64,000 bases of DNA from an uncultured Bacilli bacterium (GTDB lineage Bacteria; Bacillota_I; Bacilli_A; RF39; UBA660). Each line of letters starts with the position of its first letter. The first letter of the stretch is position 1. The position numbers and the translations under genes were made by a program. The stretch is taken from positions 97,099-161,098 of the forward strand of contig CALVIX010000002.1 in the NCBI GenBank assembly GCA_944331895.1. The letters run 5' to 3'. Shown here piece by piece: positions 62,271-64,000 of the stretch. The notes under the pieces are model-generated. The model had not been told where the DNA came from, searched no databases, and saw only the letters and a program-made list of their open reading frames with translations.

Positions 62271-64000
62271 CTAGAATTTTGATTCTGTTCCACCTAACAA
62301 AGACCAAAGATCTTCTTCTGACAACTTAGTAAGCATCGTCTCTGACGTCTCTTGTCCTTGATCGATCAAGCGTGCACTTAATTCACTTTTTCGCTTCTGT
62401 AGTTCGACAATTCTCTCTTCAATCGTGCCTTTCGTAATGAGTTTGATTACCTCGACGACATTCTTTTGACCAATACGATGAGATCGATCAGTCGCTTGAT
62501 TTTCAACTTGTGGATTCCACCAAGGATCTAGGTGAATTACAACATCCGCACTTGTTAAGTTAAGTCCTGTTCCTCCTGCTTTTAACGAGATTAAAAAGAC
62601 TGTCTCATCATTTTTTTGAAAATTTTCTACTAATCGCATACGTTCTTTACTCTTCGCCTGACCATCTAAGTAAGCATAAGAAATTCTATTTTCTTCTAAC
62701 TTCGGCATCAAAAGTTTTAGTGCGGAAGGAAACTGAGAAAATAGTAAGATCTTGTGCCCGTTTTCTTTAATTTGACGCACGAGATCGATTGCTGTCTCCA
62801 TCTTGCTTCCAATACAACCATTTTCAAACAACAACCTTGGATCGATACAGATTTGTCGTAATTTCATCAAAAGAGACAATATGAGAAATTGATTTTTTTG
62901 AAATCCTGACTCGGCGATTGCCTCCTCGATTTTCTGTTTGGTCTCCTCTAATGTTTGAACGTAAAGAGCTTTTTGCTCATTACTTAATTCGACATAGACA
63001 TTGTTTTCTATCTTCGCAGGTAAATCTTTCAATACATCGCATTTTTTTCTTCTCAAAATAAATGGAGTGATCACCGAACGTAATTCATCCAACGCATCTG
63101 CACTCTCTTCTAAATTTTTAATTTGATACCGTTCTTTAAAACTTGGCAAGTCTCCTAAGAAGCCTGGCATCAAATAATCGAAAATACTCCAAAGTTCTAA
63201 AATTGAATTCTCAATTGGTGTTCCAGTCAAAGCAAATTTCGTATTTGCTACAACTTGCTTTACTGCCATCGTCGTTTCCGAACCGACATTTTTAATACTC
63301 TGTGCCTCATCGATGAGACAAGTGTCAAAACAAATATCTTTATAAAACTCGATATCGTTGCGAAGCGTTCCATACGACGTAATTACAACTTGACAACGAT
63401 CTAAATGCTCCAACTTCTTTTGACGCTTTTCTTTCGTTTCGTGAATCACCTCATAACGAACTTCAGGGGCAAACTTTTCCCATTCGTTTTGCCAATTATA
63501 TACAAGAGACGTTGGTACGACGATGAGAAACTTTCTCTTGGCATCTTCCTTTAATCGATGCTTAATATATACGATGGTCTGTAGCGATTTTCCAAGCCCC
63601 ATCTCATCTGCCAATATTCCCCCGAACCCTAAATGGGCAATCATGAGCATCCATTTGACTCCTGTCATCTGATAATCGCGTAATATAGACTCTTCTTTTG
63701 TAAATTTAACCTCTCTATCTTTGTAGGTTTTAAACTCTTTCATATAATTTTGAATAGAGTCATCTAAAGATAGTGAACCCAAGTTATGCCGCCCCATCTC
63801 TAGTAAACGAACGCATTCATAAATCGGCAATTTCCCTTTTAAATCATAGCTAGAGAATCTAAGAGATTGGTAGATTTGATCAAATTCTTCTAATGATTCC
63901 TGTTCGAGATCTAAATAATCTCCAGATTTTAATTGCACGTATTTTTTCTTCTTTTCAAGTGCATCCAACACGTTGGCAAAATCTTCTTGTTCTACACCTT
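62271..64000 (-). CDS. SNF2/SWI2-family helicase, C-terminal part (5' end outside the window)
   Basis: GILADEMGLGKS, DEAQ, LTGTP.EN, LRR.K.DVL.DLP.K, SLKAGGTGLNL, QATDR.HRIGQ; frame open to 64000. Confidence 0.95.
   Translation of the reverse strand, partial: GVEQEDFANVLDALEKKKKYVQLKSGDYLDLEQESLEEFDQIYQSLRFSSYDLKGKLPIYECVRLLEMGRHNLGSLSLDDSIQNYMKEFKTYKDREVKFTKEESILRDYQMTGVKWMLMIAHLGFGGILADEMGLGKSLQTIVYIKHRLKEDAKRKFLIVVPTSLVYNWQNEWEKFAPEVRYEVIHETKEKRQKKLEHLDRCQVVITSYGTLRNDIEFYKDICFDTCLIDEAQSIKNVGSETTMAVKQVVANTKFALTGTPIENSILELWSIFDYLMPGFLGDLPSFKERYQIKNLEESADALDELRSVITPFILRRKKCDVLKDLPAKIENNVYVELSNEQKALYVQTLEETKQKIEEAIAESGFQKNQFLILSLLMKLRQICIDPRLLFENGCIGSKMETAIDLVRQIKENGHKILLFSQFPSALKLLMPKLEENRISYAYLDGQAKSKERMRLVENFQKNDETVFLISLKAGGTGLNLTSADVVIHLDPWWNPQVENQATDRSHRIGQKNVVEVIKLITKGTIEERIVELQKRKSELSARLIDQGQETSETMLTKLSEEDLWSLLGGTESKF

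Overview
AT-rich chromosomal window of a spore-forming Bacilli-type Firmicute. Most genes are on the minus strand and gene order resembles B. subtilis (hisS-aspS, rel-dtd, secDF-comN-spoVB, lexA|tkt-sirA-yneF, spoIIGA-sigE..sigG-ylmC, murG-murB-divIB-ftsA-ftsZ). The style of the hypothetical proteins suggests an RF39-like gut lineage (inference). I found no rRNA, tRNA, CRISPR array or prophage. Six accessory or unusual elements stand out. (1) A T-box leader that appears to act by sequestering the Shine-Dalgarno rather than by termination, upstream of nitroreductase-hisS-archaeal-type aspS. (2) A 5.7-13.1 kb block of uncharacterised surface proteins including a three-member paralog family. (3) A type III toxin-antitoxin (ToxN) module whose antitoxin repeats differ in sequence but keep a pseudoknot structure. 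(4) A 48-aa single-pass membrane protein under a LexA-box-blocked promoter at the yneA position, a candidate new SOS division inhibitor. (5) A very AT-rich ~8.4 kb island between ftsZ and spoIIGA carrying a coupled five-gene operon (CoaE-like kinase/GT2/NDK-like fusion, APH-fold kinase, radical SAM, Nudix, YgjV membrane protein) divergent from a HelD-type motor, with an IS256-like mini-element at its edge. (6) A TCS-ABC module with an unannotated 37-aa membrane peptide and a shared operator. All annotation is by eye from motifs; no database searches were run.
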